A DNA stretch of 64,000 nt from Leucoraja ocellata. Its lineage: Eukaryota. Position 1 is the first letter of the stretch, and every line of letters starts with the position of its first letter. The position numbers were made by a program, and so were the translations under genes. The notes beneath the pieces were generated by a model that saw only the letters and a list, made by a program, of their open reading frames with translations, was not told where the DNA came from and did not search any database. The DNA is taken from the NCBI GenBank assembly GCA_036785375.1, contig JAWMAR010001524.1:124001-188000 (forward strand). The letters are read 5' to 3'. Below are positions 25,573 through 38,339 of the stretch, piece after piece.

Positions 25573-28261
25573 ATTGTTCCATGTTATATAGCATGGAAAG
25601 AGCCATTTAGTCCACTGAATGTGTACTGACCATGAAGCACCCAATTACACAAATCTTTAATTTGACCCATTTTATGAGAGTCACAAAGTCATACAGCGTG
25701 GAAACAGGCCCTTCGGCTCAACTTGCCCACACCAGTCAGCATGTCCCATCTACACTAGTCCCACCTGCTTGCGTTTGGCCCATATCCTCTAAATCTGTCC
25801 TATCCATTTTATTCTCTCCCAAGCAGAGACACCCCCCACCACCATCAAAAGCATCCACATGAGGCTCTGCATCAAGAAGATAGAATCTATCATCTATGGG
25901 AGTCCCACCATATGGGTCATGCCATCTTCTCTGCTACCAGCAGACAGGAGGTACGAAAGCTTGAAGTCCCACATCACCATGTTCAGGAACAGCTACTTTC
26001 CTACAACCATCAGGTTCTAGTTCCGACCTACACAACTCTAATTCTACTTCAGCAAAAAAAGTGGGCCACCTCTTGCACTACAATAGACTTGTTTTCTATT
26101 GTGTTTTACACTAATATCTTGTTTTTTGCATGGCCTTTTTCTTTTTACTGTCATGTAGAATTTATGTGTACACATGTTTTTTGTGCAAGTTCATGTAATG
26201 TTGTCTGAACCTATGTACCTGTGATGCTGCTTGCAGACAAGACTTTTATTGTACCACACCTCACTGTTCTTGTGTATAAACTCAAATTAGACCTGGCACA
26301 AACCAGTGTCAGCATTATCAGTTACAGAGAGAGAAAGGCAAAGGATTGGACAAACACACACAATCAAATGAATGCAGAGATTTGCACATTCCTGAATGCA
26401 AATAATTAAGGCATATTTGAGCCCATTCAAGAGAGGGTTGATGACATATAAGCAGATATACATGAAAATAAGATCGACATTCCCATAACTCAATAAGAGG
26501 GGAAAATATATTAACAATGGATGAAGAGTCATGATCCATATAGATAGGAATTTCTCAGAGTAGGATCGTGGACATTGATGAGGACTCATCGTTAAGGCCT
26601 TTGGGTCACCAGCAATCTTCCTGATTGGGAGGGACCACGACAATTGAGTGTAGAGCAGGGCAGCAGGTGAGCCTGAGCCCCAGGCCAAATCAGGCATAGA
26701 TCAGTTCAATGCACATTACTTTATTGTCTGTTTCTCTGCTGCTATATATTGCTAAATGCAATGAATGGTTGGGGGCCTCCCATGTATCTGTGTGGGATCT
26801 TGCTGGCTGATTCCAATCTTAATTCAGTCCCAGATAGCCAAGAGTTTGTATGTCAGCGCTCACGGCCTTCCTGCAGCTCTGCCACTCTGCAGGTTAATGA
26901 CAAAATCAATGTTGCTGTACAAGTTATTCTACCAAACATGAAAACAGTAATATTTTATTATTATTGTTATTATTAAACTTTTATTACAGCATCAAGGTCC
27001 AGATAAAATACATTACATAGAATACATTGCATATAAAAAACACAATAAATCACATATAAAAGCTTGGTAAATCACTTATAAGAGCACCATAAATGATATA
27101 CAAAAACTTAATACATGGTTTAAGATCCTGAATAAAAAAAGATCAGTGTCCTACAACGAGACAACTATACCAATGTCTCCACAGCTGGGATTGGTAGCGT
27201 GCAGTGCTAAACCTTATGTTTGATACTGGGGGGCAATTCACAGTAGCCAACTCTGACCACCCAGTATGTCTGTGATGTGAGAGGAAACTAGAGCCCGTGG
27301 GGAAGACCCACATAGACAAAGGAAAGAATTTCCAATACCCCCATCCCTGGACCTGTGCTGCAGCATCTGAGAGGCATAGAATATACAGCACGGAAACAGG
27401 CCCTTCAGCCCTATTTAACTGAGCCGACCAATTGCCCATGTTAGGTCCATATCACACTCAACCTTTCCTAACCATTCACCTGCCCAAATGTCTATCAAAT
27501 GCTGTTGTAGTGCTTGCCTCAACTACCTTCTCTGGCAGCTTGTTCCATATACTCACCACCCTCTCAGGATCCTATTAAATCTTGCCCCTATCACCTTAAA
27601 CCTATGTCCCCTGGTTCTTGATTCCCCTATCCTGTGCATTCCTCTATCCATTTCCTTCATGATTGTGTATACCTCTATTAGATCACTTCTCAGCCTCATG
27701 CACACCAAGGAGTAAAGTCCTAGCCTGATCCTAGCCTTCATTATTGGGAGGTTCACCACATTAAATGTGCTATATCAATGCAAGTTGTTCTTTTTTGCTT
27801 CTGGCTTGTGCTGACATTTCTCCCCGTGTCCTGCTATTAATCCAGATGTTTGCTGCGATTAGAATTTTGTCAGATGTCACTCAGCTGGAAACATGTTGCA
27901 TTGGAGGGTGCTGCAACGTCAGTCTCGTGGCTGGCCGGTGACCATGATGGTCAGTTAGCTAACTGGATGTTAGTCAAAGCAGATAAAGCACAGCCAAGCA
28001 TGCAGATGTGAAGCAAAATGATTCATTTACACTGGCTGGCTGTTAAGCTGTGGGTTTTGCTTGTGTGCTCATTTATGTGTGTATATGGATAAGTATGTGT
28101 GTGTGCACTCTTTAACATATGTGTATAGATGTGTGAGAGAAGGAAGAAAGAGCAGTTAAATGGATTTTTGCAAGTATCCCTCCTGCAGCTATTTTTGATT
28201 ACATGGAATGGTGTATGACAGGTGATTGGTGCCAGGAGCAGTGATATTTTATTTATTTTTT

Positions 28262-29722
28262 CCGTTTTGGGGCAAAGGCATCACTGGCGAGGGAGCATTT
28301 ATTATCCATCCATAATCACCCTTGAGATGTCAACAAGCTGTCTCCCGAAGCAGCTCACTGCATTCCTCCAGTGAAGGAACTTCCACTGAGGGAGTTCCAG
28401 GATTTAGATTCAGCAACCATGAAGGACTGGCAATTTATTCCCAAGTCAGGATGATGAAGCGGACCGTCGAAGTGAGGGTGATCCCATGCGCAGGGTGCCT
28501 TTATCCTTCGTGTAGCAATTATGGGATTGGGAAATGCCGTTGGAGTAGCCAGAACAAATAACCGGTGGAATGGTGGCATTCGTAAAGGGTGCACACTGCA
28601 GTCACTGTGCGCCTGTGATTGCTGTAAGCAATATTGAGGTCGGTGAGCGGGATGCCGTTCAAATGGCCGGCTTGGTCCTGGATGGTGTCAAGCATCTTGA
28701 GAGTTGTTTGCACTGTATTCATCCATGCAGGTGTTCCATCACATTCCTGACTTTGGGGGGTCCGGATGTGAGTCACTCACTGCAGGAGACCCCAGCTGAC
28801 CTGTTCTTGTACGCATAGTATTTGTGTGGATGGCTCCGTTGAGTTTCTAGTCAATGGAGAATCATTGAAAATAATGATTGTAATGCCATTGAATGTTAAG
28901 GGCAGATAGAAACATAGAAACATAGAAAATAGGTGCAGGAGTTGGCCATTCGGCCCTTCGAGCCTGCATCATCATTCAATATGATCATGGCTGATCATCC
29001 AACTCAGTATCGTGTACCTGCCTTCTCTCCATACCCCCTGATCCCTTTAGCCACAAGGGCCACATCTAACTCCCTCTTAAATATAGCCAATGAACTGGCC
29101 TCAACTACCTTCTGCGGCAGAGAATTCCAGAGATTCACCACTCTCTGTGTGAAAAAAGTTTTCCTCATCTCGGTCCTAAAAGATTTCCCCCTTATCCTTA
29201 AACTGTGACCCCTTGTTCTGGACCACCCCAACATCGGGAACACTCTTCCTGCATCTAGCCTGTCCAACCCCTTAAGAATTTTGTAAGTTTCTATAAGATC
29301 CCCCCTCAATCTTCTAAATTCTAGCGAGTACAAACCGAGTCTATCCAGTCTTTCTTCATATGAAAGTCCTGACATCCCAGGAATCAGTCTGGTGAACCTT
29401 CTCTGTACTCCCTCTATGGCAAGAATGTCTTTCCTCAAAATAGGAGGCCAAAACTGTACGCAATACTCCAGGTGTGGTCTCACCAAGACCCTGTACAACT
29501 GCATTGTACTGGTTGGACTGTCTCTTCTTGGAGATGCATACGGGCAAGGGCTGCTTCATTAGCTGAGGAATTGTGAATGGAATTGAACATTTTACTATCC
29601 CACTTCTGACATTATGACATTCTGACATTATGATATGGATAAAGCAGATGAACATGGTTGGGCCCCAGCAGACTACCATGAGGAGTTTGTCAGGATAGTG
29701 GGCTGGAGCCCAACTATCTTCA
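28262..29722 (-). mobile_element. Older CR1-group LINE 3' region, interrupted by a young CR1
   Basis: Reverse complement resembles the 53600-55110 family (LDTIQDQA..LNG; tail cactggc..agcatttatt). Confidence 0.65.
28906..29503 (-). mobile_element. Young 5'-truncated CR1/HER1 LINE
   Basis: Uninterrupted ORF LVRPHLEYCVQFW...FFTQRVVNLWNSLP; 3' (TTTCTATG)n tail. Confidence 0.95.
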
Positions 29723-32517
29723 GCATGATTGTATGAACATTACTGGATAAACATGAAGGAATTTATATTATAAACAGCAGAGACTAACAATGGGTGAATC
29801 CGTTTGTCTGCTGTGAATTGCAAGGTCATTTATTCTTTGTCAGAAAGCAGAAAATGCTAAAAACACAGAAGCTCAGGTGATATCTGTGAAAAGAGAAAGA
29901 GTTCATTTCCTGACAAAGGGTTATGGATCTGAAATATTGTCTCTGTTCTGTTTCTCTCTCCACTGATGTTGGCATTTTCGGCTTTTGTGTCAGATTACAG
30001 GATCTGTAGATTTTAAGTTCTCTGACAAAAGTCTGTTTGTCCCACCACTTGGCTAAAACCACCATGTGAATTTAAATGGAAGCTGCCTTATGTAAGGTCA
30101 TTGAAGAAAGGGAGACTTGAATTTATCTTGTATCATTCAAACCCTCACGAGATTGCAAAGTGCTTTCCAGCTAATTAAGTTACCTGTTGAAGTGTGTTGA
30201 GCAGTGTAATGTGGGAAACAGCAGGCAAGATTAAATTCCCCCTGGCGACAATGTATAATGACCTGTGATCTCTTTTAATGATGGTTTGTTGAAGCATGAC
30301 TATTGGACCTTGCACCAAGAAACTCTGTGTACATACTATTCTCTGTACAGAATCTCGAATGCCAGAATCTCACTTTCCAGGCATCCCTTAGTCTGCAAAC
30401 AACCTTCTTCAATCAACTTTTGCAAGTTTCTGTTTAACACAATCAAAGTTGGCCTTGTCTCAATTTAGAACATTCCCTTGTGGACCAACCCTTTTCTTAT
30501 CCATAACTATTTAAAAGTTAATAGAACCATGGTCGCTGATCTTAAAAGGCTCATTCATTGACACGTCAGTCACTTGACCTGCCCTATTGCCTGAGAGTAG
30601 GTCAAGCTATGACCTCTTCCATGTCGGATCATCTACATTGCTTTTGCATCTTCCATCCTCTAGTGCATGTAAAGTTCAGCCTGTCCAATCTCTGTTCATA
30701 AAATAGCTCACTAATCCCAAGTATTTGTCTACTAACATCCTTCCTTAAATATGGAGATCAATATTGTGCACCGTATTCCAAAAGTGGTCTCACCAATGTT
30801 AAATATAACTGGCTTAATTACAGTTCCCAGAGAAGGGACAAAGGGGAACCAGTGAATATAGGCTATCTGGATAACCAGTGGGCATTGGATAAAACATTAT
30901 AAAGCTTTGAGGTTAAGCATAACTTATTACTATGGGTAAAGGACCGACTAACACAGAGAAAATAGAGAGTTGGCAAAATTGATTATTTTCAAACTGTTGA
31001 GCTGTAACTCACAGGATTCAATGTATGGGCCTCGGATATTTGCAACCTATATTAACAACATTAATGAAGGGACTGAGAAGGGTCAAATCTGTCATTAGGT
31101 TGGAAAGTAATTTTAATTATGTTTAGAGATACATCGTAGATACAGCCCCACAGAATCTGCTCCAACCAATGCTCACCTCACTGTTCACAGTGACAGACTG
31201 CAGTAATCACATGACCACAGGTATTAGCATCACTTGGCACGAACACCCTAGTTCCCCTCTCCCAATCTTCTTACTGTGTTGGGATGTATAATTCTCCAAT
31301 GTAAGGGATGGTTCCTGTAAACTCCAGGATGGGAAATGTCTAATCCTGGCTCACCTCCAACTCCAGTGCAAATACTAACACAAAATAATTATTCAATTTT
31401 ATTTTCAGTTACCATATCAACATCTAATTTTTAAGTGGCCGACATCGCTCCTGTCTACAATCTTATTATTAGTAATGATTTTAAAAAGTATATTAATTGA
31501 CAAAAATATATAAAATAGATGTAGAAGTAGACTACTAAGTCTACTCTGCCACTTAATAAGGTCACTGCCACTTAGTAAGTGGTTCATTTCTTGCAAGTTT
31601 CTTTCCGTAAATGCCGTATTTTTGTACTTGGAAGCTCTTGTCTTTTAGCCTACCTTCCATTCACTTTGTAACTCTCCAGTCACCAGTACTTGGCTTTCCT
31701 TTGGCAACAATTTGCCTATTTTAAGCTTTCTCTTTTAGTTTATGTTCTCAGTAAATGCTTTGGTCATCAATGGCTGCTTTTACAGGCATGTGGAATTATT
31801 GCTCCTTCCCATAAAGTGCTGCAACATCACATCACATTCATTTTGTTTTGGCTCCCTCCCACTGACCTTCTGTTGTTTTGCCTAGTAACAGATTTTAGCA
31901 ATGGGCAGTATCTGTTGCATAAGCTTTAACTGAGGTGAAAGTCTTGGAACCAATTTTCCCCATCAGACACTGCACAAAACACTTTGGATTTGGGAGAAAA
32001 GTTCATGCACAGTTTGGATGTAGTTACATTTGGTGGGGCCAGTTTTACTTGATTCTGGGACATTTTGTCCTGGGCCAGGAAATGCCGACGGCTTGTTGCT
32101 GAACAGTGGTCATTTCTTCTATATGTTCTTGGGACTGTGAGATTCCAGTGTTGGTGCATACATGCTGAACTCATTGGGCATGTTGCCATCTGTGCTGTGA
32201 TCAATGCGTGCCAGTGAACAAATTTACTGAACTTCCATTCTTTTCAATGGAGGGGGGTCAATTAAGAGGGGAAAGGATAAGAATTAGAATTATGTTCAAT
32301 TTCTTTTCAAATAAATGGATTGATTATTTAAAAGCTTTTTAATTTTATTGTTCAGTTTTTTAATTGCTTTATTGATTTTATTAATTTCGAATGTGATTCT
32401 GAATGTGAGGCTAAGCCAGGGTTGTGGCCAGATCAGTTTGACAAGTTTTCACATGGTTTGTGGGTGGGGCTTGCTCGTCCCGCATGTTACTGCAATGTTA
32501 TTCAACATCCCACATTC

Positions 32518-34748
32518 CATACAGGACCTTGTCAAAGGCCTTGCCAGGGTCCATATAGACAACATCCACAGATCTGTCCTCATCAATCTTGTTTGTGATC
32601 ACCCTGAGTGAAAATGTTGCCCCTTAGGTTCTTATCTTGCCCCTGTCACCTTAAACTTTTGTCCCCTGGATTTTGATACCCATACCATGGGTAAAATACT
32701 CTGTGCATTCACCCTATCTATTCCCCTCGTGATTTTATACACCTCTATAAGATCACCATGCAGCCTGCTGTGCTCCTAGATGTCCTAGCCTACCCAACCT
32801 ATCCCTATAGCTCAGGCCCTTGGGTCCTGGCAACATCCCCATAAATCTTCTCTGCGCTCTTTCCAGTTTAATGACATCCTTCCTATAGCTGGACGACCAA
32901 AACCGAACAAATGTGTGATTTAGTTACTATAACAGCATTTAAAAGAAACATAGAAACATAGAAAATAGGTGCAGGAGTAGGCCATTCAGCCCTTCGAGCC
33001 TGCACCGCCATTTAATATGATCATGGCTGATCATCCGACTCAGTATCCTTACCTGCCTTCTCCCCATATCCCCTGATCCCTTTAGCCACAAGGGCCACAT
33101 CTAACTCCCTCTTAAATATAGCCAATGAACTGGCCTCAACTACCTTCTTGGACTGGTACATGGACAGGAAAGGTTTAGACGGATGTAGACCACTAGCTTA
33201 GTTGGGGCTTCTTGGTTGGCATGGACAAGGTGGCCCGTAGGGCCTGTTTCCATGCTGAATGTGACCTCTTCAAAAAAACTTGCAATTTGCAGATTAGTGA
33301 GACATTTTCCAACGCACAAGGACATGCTAATTTTCTCTAATCCAGTTACTCGTGCCTATCCAAATGCTGGTAGATCCTCCATCACAGAATTCCCGCCAAC
33401 AATTTTCCCACCACTGACATCGGACTCACCGGCATGTAAATCTCTGCCATGTCCTTGCTGCCGTTCTTAAATAACAGTACAACATTAGCCACACTCAATC
33501 TTCCGGAACCACACCTATGGCTAAAGGTGATGCAGGGACCTCTGCAATTTTCTCCCTAGCTTCCCATTGATCAAGCACTGGGGATGTATCTATCTTAATG
33601 CGTTTTAAAACCACCAATACATCTTTTCAGATTTTGGATAAGATCTAAAACATCACAACTCATTTGCTTCAATTTCCTAGATTTGATTAACTTCTCGGTA
33701 AAAACTAATGATAATTTTTTATTTAGTATCTCCCCCATCTTGTGTAGCTCTACACAAAGACAGCCATGCTGATCTTTATGGGAACCCATTTTTACCCTAG
33801 CCACCCTTTTACTCTTAATATACCTTAAGATTTTCCTTTACCTTGCCAGCCAGATCCATGTCCTTTTTTAGCCCTGCTGATTGCCTTTGTAAGTGTACTC
33901 CTGCACTTAAGCTCACCGAGGGATTTGCTTGATCCTGACTATCTAAGTGTGACATACTGTATGCCTGCTTCTTTTTTTCTGACCAGATCCTCGGCATTGC
34001 TCATCAACCTGGGATCCCTGTATTTGCCAGACTTGTCCTTCACCCTTAACAGGAACATGCTACCCTGTATCTCACTTTTGAAAATCTCACACTTGTCAGG
34101 TATCCCCTTACCTGAAAACAGACTCTTCCAATCATCCTCTGCAAGTTTCCACCTAATCCCTCCAAAATCAGCCTTGCCCCAATTAAGATAGAAGTTTAAC
34201 ATGTGCACCAGTTTTATCCTTCTCCATAACTGTTTTAAAACTAATTGAATTATGATCACTGATCCCAAAGTGCTTCCCCACTGACACTTCAATCACTTGC
34301 CCTACGTCACCCCCAGACAGGGGATCTATTGTTAAACTCTCTCTAGTAGGACTATAATTAAGGAAGTGTTCCTGGACACTTTGCACTATCAGTACCCTGT
34401 CAATATTAAGGAAACAGAAATCTCTTGTCAATAATATCATATTATTCCTGCAGCTCCCTACACATCTGCTCCTCAAACCCATGCTGTCTTTTGGGGGGTG
34501 TATTGTACAATCCCATCAAAGTTCTTTATTTTCCATTACATTTTCTAAGTTCTACCATTATAGCCTCATTTGGCAATAGCTCAATAATACCTTCTCTAGG
34601 TACTGTAGGTATGTGCTCCTCAATCAACATCCTCCCTTCCTCTCTTATCTACATTGTTAGGACAACTGAAGCATTGGTCACCTGGAATATTGAGCTGCAG
34701 CTCCTGTTTTTCTCTCAGCCATGTTTCATTTATGGCTAAAATATCACA
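32518..34748 (-). mobile_element. Decayed CR1 LINE(s), APE to 3' region, with an inserted HER1 tail at about 32945-33147
   Basis: ILAINETWL, HFGISDHNSISF, NWGKADFGGIR in minus-strand ORFs. Confidence 0.85.
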
Positions 34749-34761
34749 ACTGAACCATCCT

Positions 34762-36660
34762 GACGATTTCCTGCCGGGACCACAGCTTCGCCGGCGGTGC
34801 AGATGCTGGGACACCAACACCAGCACGGAGCGGGCGATGGCTTACCGGATCGCCTTCGGGTAAGCTCCGGGGCACTGGGAACGCCGACTGCAACATCGCT
34901 GAGCTGCGGCTGCAGAGCGTCCAGCCGCGGGCGGGCGGCCCAGGATTTCAACACCGCGGGGCCTGGTGTCCGAGTTCGCCAGTGTCAGAGGTCCGGCCAG
35001 CGCGGCCTGAGAACTTTGGACATTCCAGTCTTCAGGGAGGAGGCGGCTGCTTCAGTCCTGGCCGCTGAAGAATGTTCACCCGACGCCGATGATCCAGCTT
35101 CGCGGCAGAGGGCCTGAGAACATCGAGTTGGCTAAGGAGGCCACATATAGACCCCGACCTCGGGTGGACTATGAGGGGGAGAACTGGATATTTTTAGTGC
35201 CTTCCCTCACAGTGAATTCTGCTGTGGGGGGACGTTTCATGTTGATTTCTATAGTGTACTGTTCTGTGTCTTTTTTCTTTTTTCTCTTTTTTTGTTTTTG
35301 TATGGATATATTGACATTTGGTCTGTTCTATTAATTTAATCAAACTCTGTAAAGCACTTTGGTTCAAATACAGGTGCACAACCTTTTATCCGAAAGCCTT
35401 GGGACCAGACACTTGTCGGATTTCGGACATTTTCGGATTTCAGAATGGAAGATTTTTAGCGTAGATTAGGTAGGTAGCGCGGGCGGCTTGAAAAATCTGG
35501 AGCAGCTGCCTCCTCCCCGGAGACCGGGAGAATCATTGCATAAATGTTAGTCAGTTAGTTTGGAGGGATTTTATGTGGTGGTGGTGGAGTAGGGGTGAAG
35601 GGGGAAACTTTAATTCTTAGTCCCCTACCTGGTCGGCGACTCCCAACCTCGCGGAGCTGGGGGCTCCGTCCGGCCGCGGGCGGCGCCGGTTGTAGCTCCG
35701 ACCCCGGCAACTCTACCCCTGGCTGCGAGGCGCTCCAAATCCAGCGCGGCCCGCGGCCGGACGTCCCAGCTCCGAGAATGTCGGGAGTTGGCGGCGTCGC
35801 AGCGCTGGGATACCAGCGGGGAGCGGGCAATGCCTTACCGGGTCGCCGTGCGGCAAGCTCCGGAGCGCTGTGGCCGCCTTCTTCCAACATTCGCGGAGCG
35901 TCGCTGGATTTGGAGCCGCGGAGCTGGGGGCTCCGTCCGGCCGCGGGCGGCGCCGGTTGGAGCTCCGACCCCGGCAACTCTACCCCTGGCTGCGCGGCTC
36001 CAAATCCAGCGACGCTCCGCGATGTTGTGTGTCGGCGGCCACAGCGCTCCGGAGCTTGCCGCACGGCGACCCGGTAAGGCATTGCCCGCACCCCGCTGGT
36101 ATCCCAGCGCTGCGATGCCGCCGACTCCCGACATTCGCGGAGCTGGGGCGTCCGGCCGCGGGCCGCGCTGGATTTGGAGCGCCTCGCAGCCAGGGGTAGA
36201 GTTGCCGGGGTCGGAGCTACAACCGGCGCCGCCCGCTGCCCCACCGGCCACAGCGCTGCGGAGCTTACTGCACGGCGACCCGGTAAGGCATTGACCGCTC
36301 CCCGCCTCTCCGACCAGGTAGGGGACTAAGAATTAAAGTTTACCCCTTCACCCCCCCTTCACATAAAAGCCCTCCAAACTAACTGACTAACATTTAAGCA
36401 ATGGTTTACAGATGTTTAAGCGTCTCCCGGTCTCCAGGGAGGAGGCAGCCGCTACAGTAGTACAGACCTGGGTTGACCGTGGGTCGTTTTGGGTCAAGTT
36501 TGGCGCCAAACGCGATCTTTGGTGCGCAGACGACATCTGGAAAAAATGGCCGGTTTTCGGAGCTTTTCGGTTTCTGGAACTCCGGATAAAAGGTTGTGCA
36601 CCTGTACTGGTTTTGTTGAAAAGTGCTATATAAATAAAGATTATTATTATTATTATTATT
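34762..36660 (+). mobile_element. GC-rich non-coding retroposon with L2-type tail, split by a MITE
   Basis: ATCCT duplication (34757-34761 and 36661-36665); tail GTAAAGCACTTTGGTTCAAATA|CTGGTTTTGTTGAAAAGTGCTATATAAATAAA(ATT)n rejoins across the MITE. Confidence 0.7.
35371..36604. mobile_element. pogo/Tigger-type foldback MITE
   Basis: TA TSD; perfect 22-bp TIR CAGGTGCACAACCTTTTATCCG; internal long inverted repeats. Confidence 0.92.
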
Positions 36661-38339
36661 ATCCTTTCATCAACTAGAGAACGGTCCTGACCTACCATCC
36701 ATCTCATTGAAGACCCTCTGACTACCTTTAATTGGACTTTGCTGGACTTTGACTTGCACTAAACGTTATTCCCTTTAACCCTGTGTCCGTACACTGTGGG
36801 CGGCTTGATTGTCATAATTTATTGTCTTTTCACTGACTGGATAGTATGCCACAAAAAAGCTTTTCAGTGTACCTCGGTACGTGACAATAATAACAAGACT
36901 CAACTAAACTAAACCATGCAAGTCATGCCATAAAAACAGAAAATGCTGGCAACAACCGCCAGGTCAGGCAGCATTTGTGGAAAGAAAAGATTGGTTAATG
37001 TTTCAGATTGAAGACAAAATGCGTGGTCACCTTCATGAGACCTTTGTGATGATCCAAACAAAGTGCCCCGGAGAGCCCAGGTGGGTTTTTGCTAGAGACT
37101 CTCCAATGGTGTGATAATGAGGGCACAGGAGGAGAAGGAGGAAGAGGGCAAATGCAATAATAGACTCTTTCTGGTGTACTGACAAGGCATGTGTTGTCAC
37201 GAGATTTAAGCTGAGGTTCCAAGTCCATTGTCAGAGGACATATGACCACTTATGTTATACTTCTACATGGAAAGACATTGCTAACAATTGGAGGTGCAAT
37301 GAAACAGCAGGTGCTAGAAATGTGAAATAAGACATAAAATGCTGGAAACAGTGGGTCGGGTAGCATCTATTGAAAGAGAAATAGTTAATGTTTCATGTTG
37401 TAGAACATTCATCAGAATGTTCAGAACCATCCGCTCGATGAAAAGTTCCTGACCCAAAAAGTTATCTTTCTGTTTCCACACATATTGCTTGATCTGCTAA
37501 GTTTTTTCCAGCACTATCTGTTTTTATTAGAGTTTAAATGATGAGTGACAAGTTGTCATTATACTGCATGAGAACGTAGCAATGGCCATTAAAGAATAAA
37601 GAATTTTAGCCACTTCCCCCTTGACCCTCAGCAGTATCACGATTGAATGAAAGCCCACTGGTCACCATCTAATTCAAGTGCCTGCAAAAGAGACAACTCC
37701 AGATGCACACAACGTAAATGATTTCCACATACGTCAGGACCTCTGGAGAATGCTCTCCGTTTTCCTATGTGAAAGCCATTGCAAAAATGCCGAAGAAGCT
37801 TCAACTCATTCAGCACACAGAGCCTCCTGCAATGCACCCCCATTAACCACTCTGAATGCTCACCACTGAGAAGGCTGAAGCCAATTGTGTCCTAGATTTA
37901 GCCTGCCTTGCAGCTGCTATTTCACAGAGGTCCAAGTGATTTACTTGCTGGAGCTCCCTTGTGCAAGCTTTCGCACTGTTTGAACTGAGCCACAAACCTG
38001 TCTCTTGGCATAGCAGCTCTCATTTATTATACACAAAGCCAGGACTGCAGTGGCGCCATTGGGATTGCAGTACATCTCTGATTGTCCTCATAGCTTTCAG
38101 TCTACACATTTATTTTGGACGGATGAAAAATGATTGGAGTCAACTCCCAGAGCATAAAACTGATGCATGCTGAGAGAGGTGATTTGTAAAATATTCCCCT
38201 GATTCTAAAAGTCTGACCTCGCCCTCAAGGTGCATTTACATTGCGGTGAATGCCTAAAGCGTGGGTAATGCAGGGTGATGTCCACTTATACAGTTCCTCG
38301 AGATGGAAAATGACTTGTTTTCTTTTAGTTGTCTAGACC

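Noticed and set aside
35555-36294. Several 110-230 aa overlapping ORFs on both strands
   Set aside because: Artefact of a GC-rich palindrome; the same peptide appears on both strands and has no domain motif
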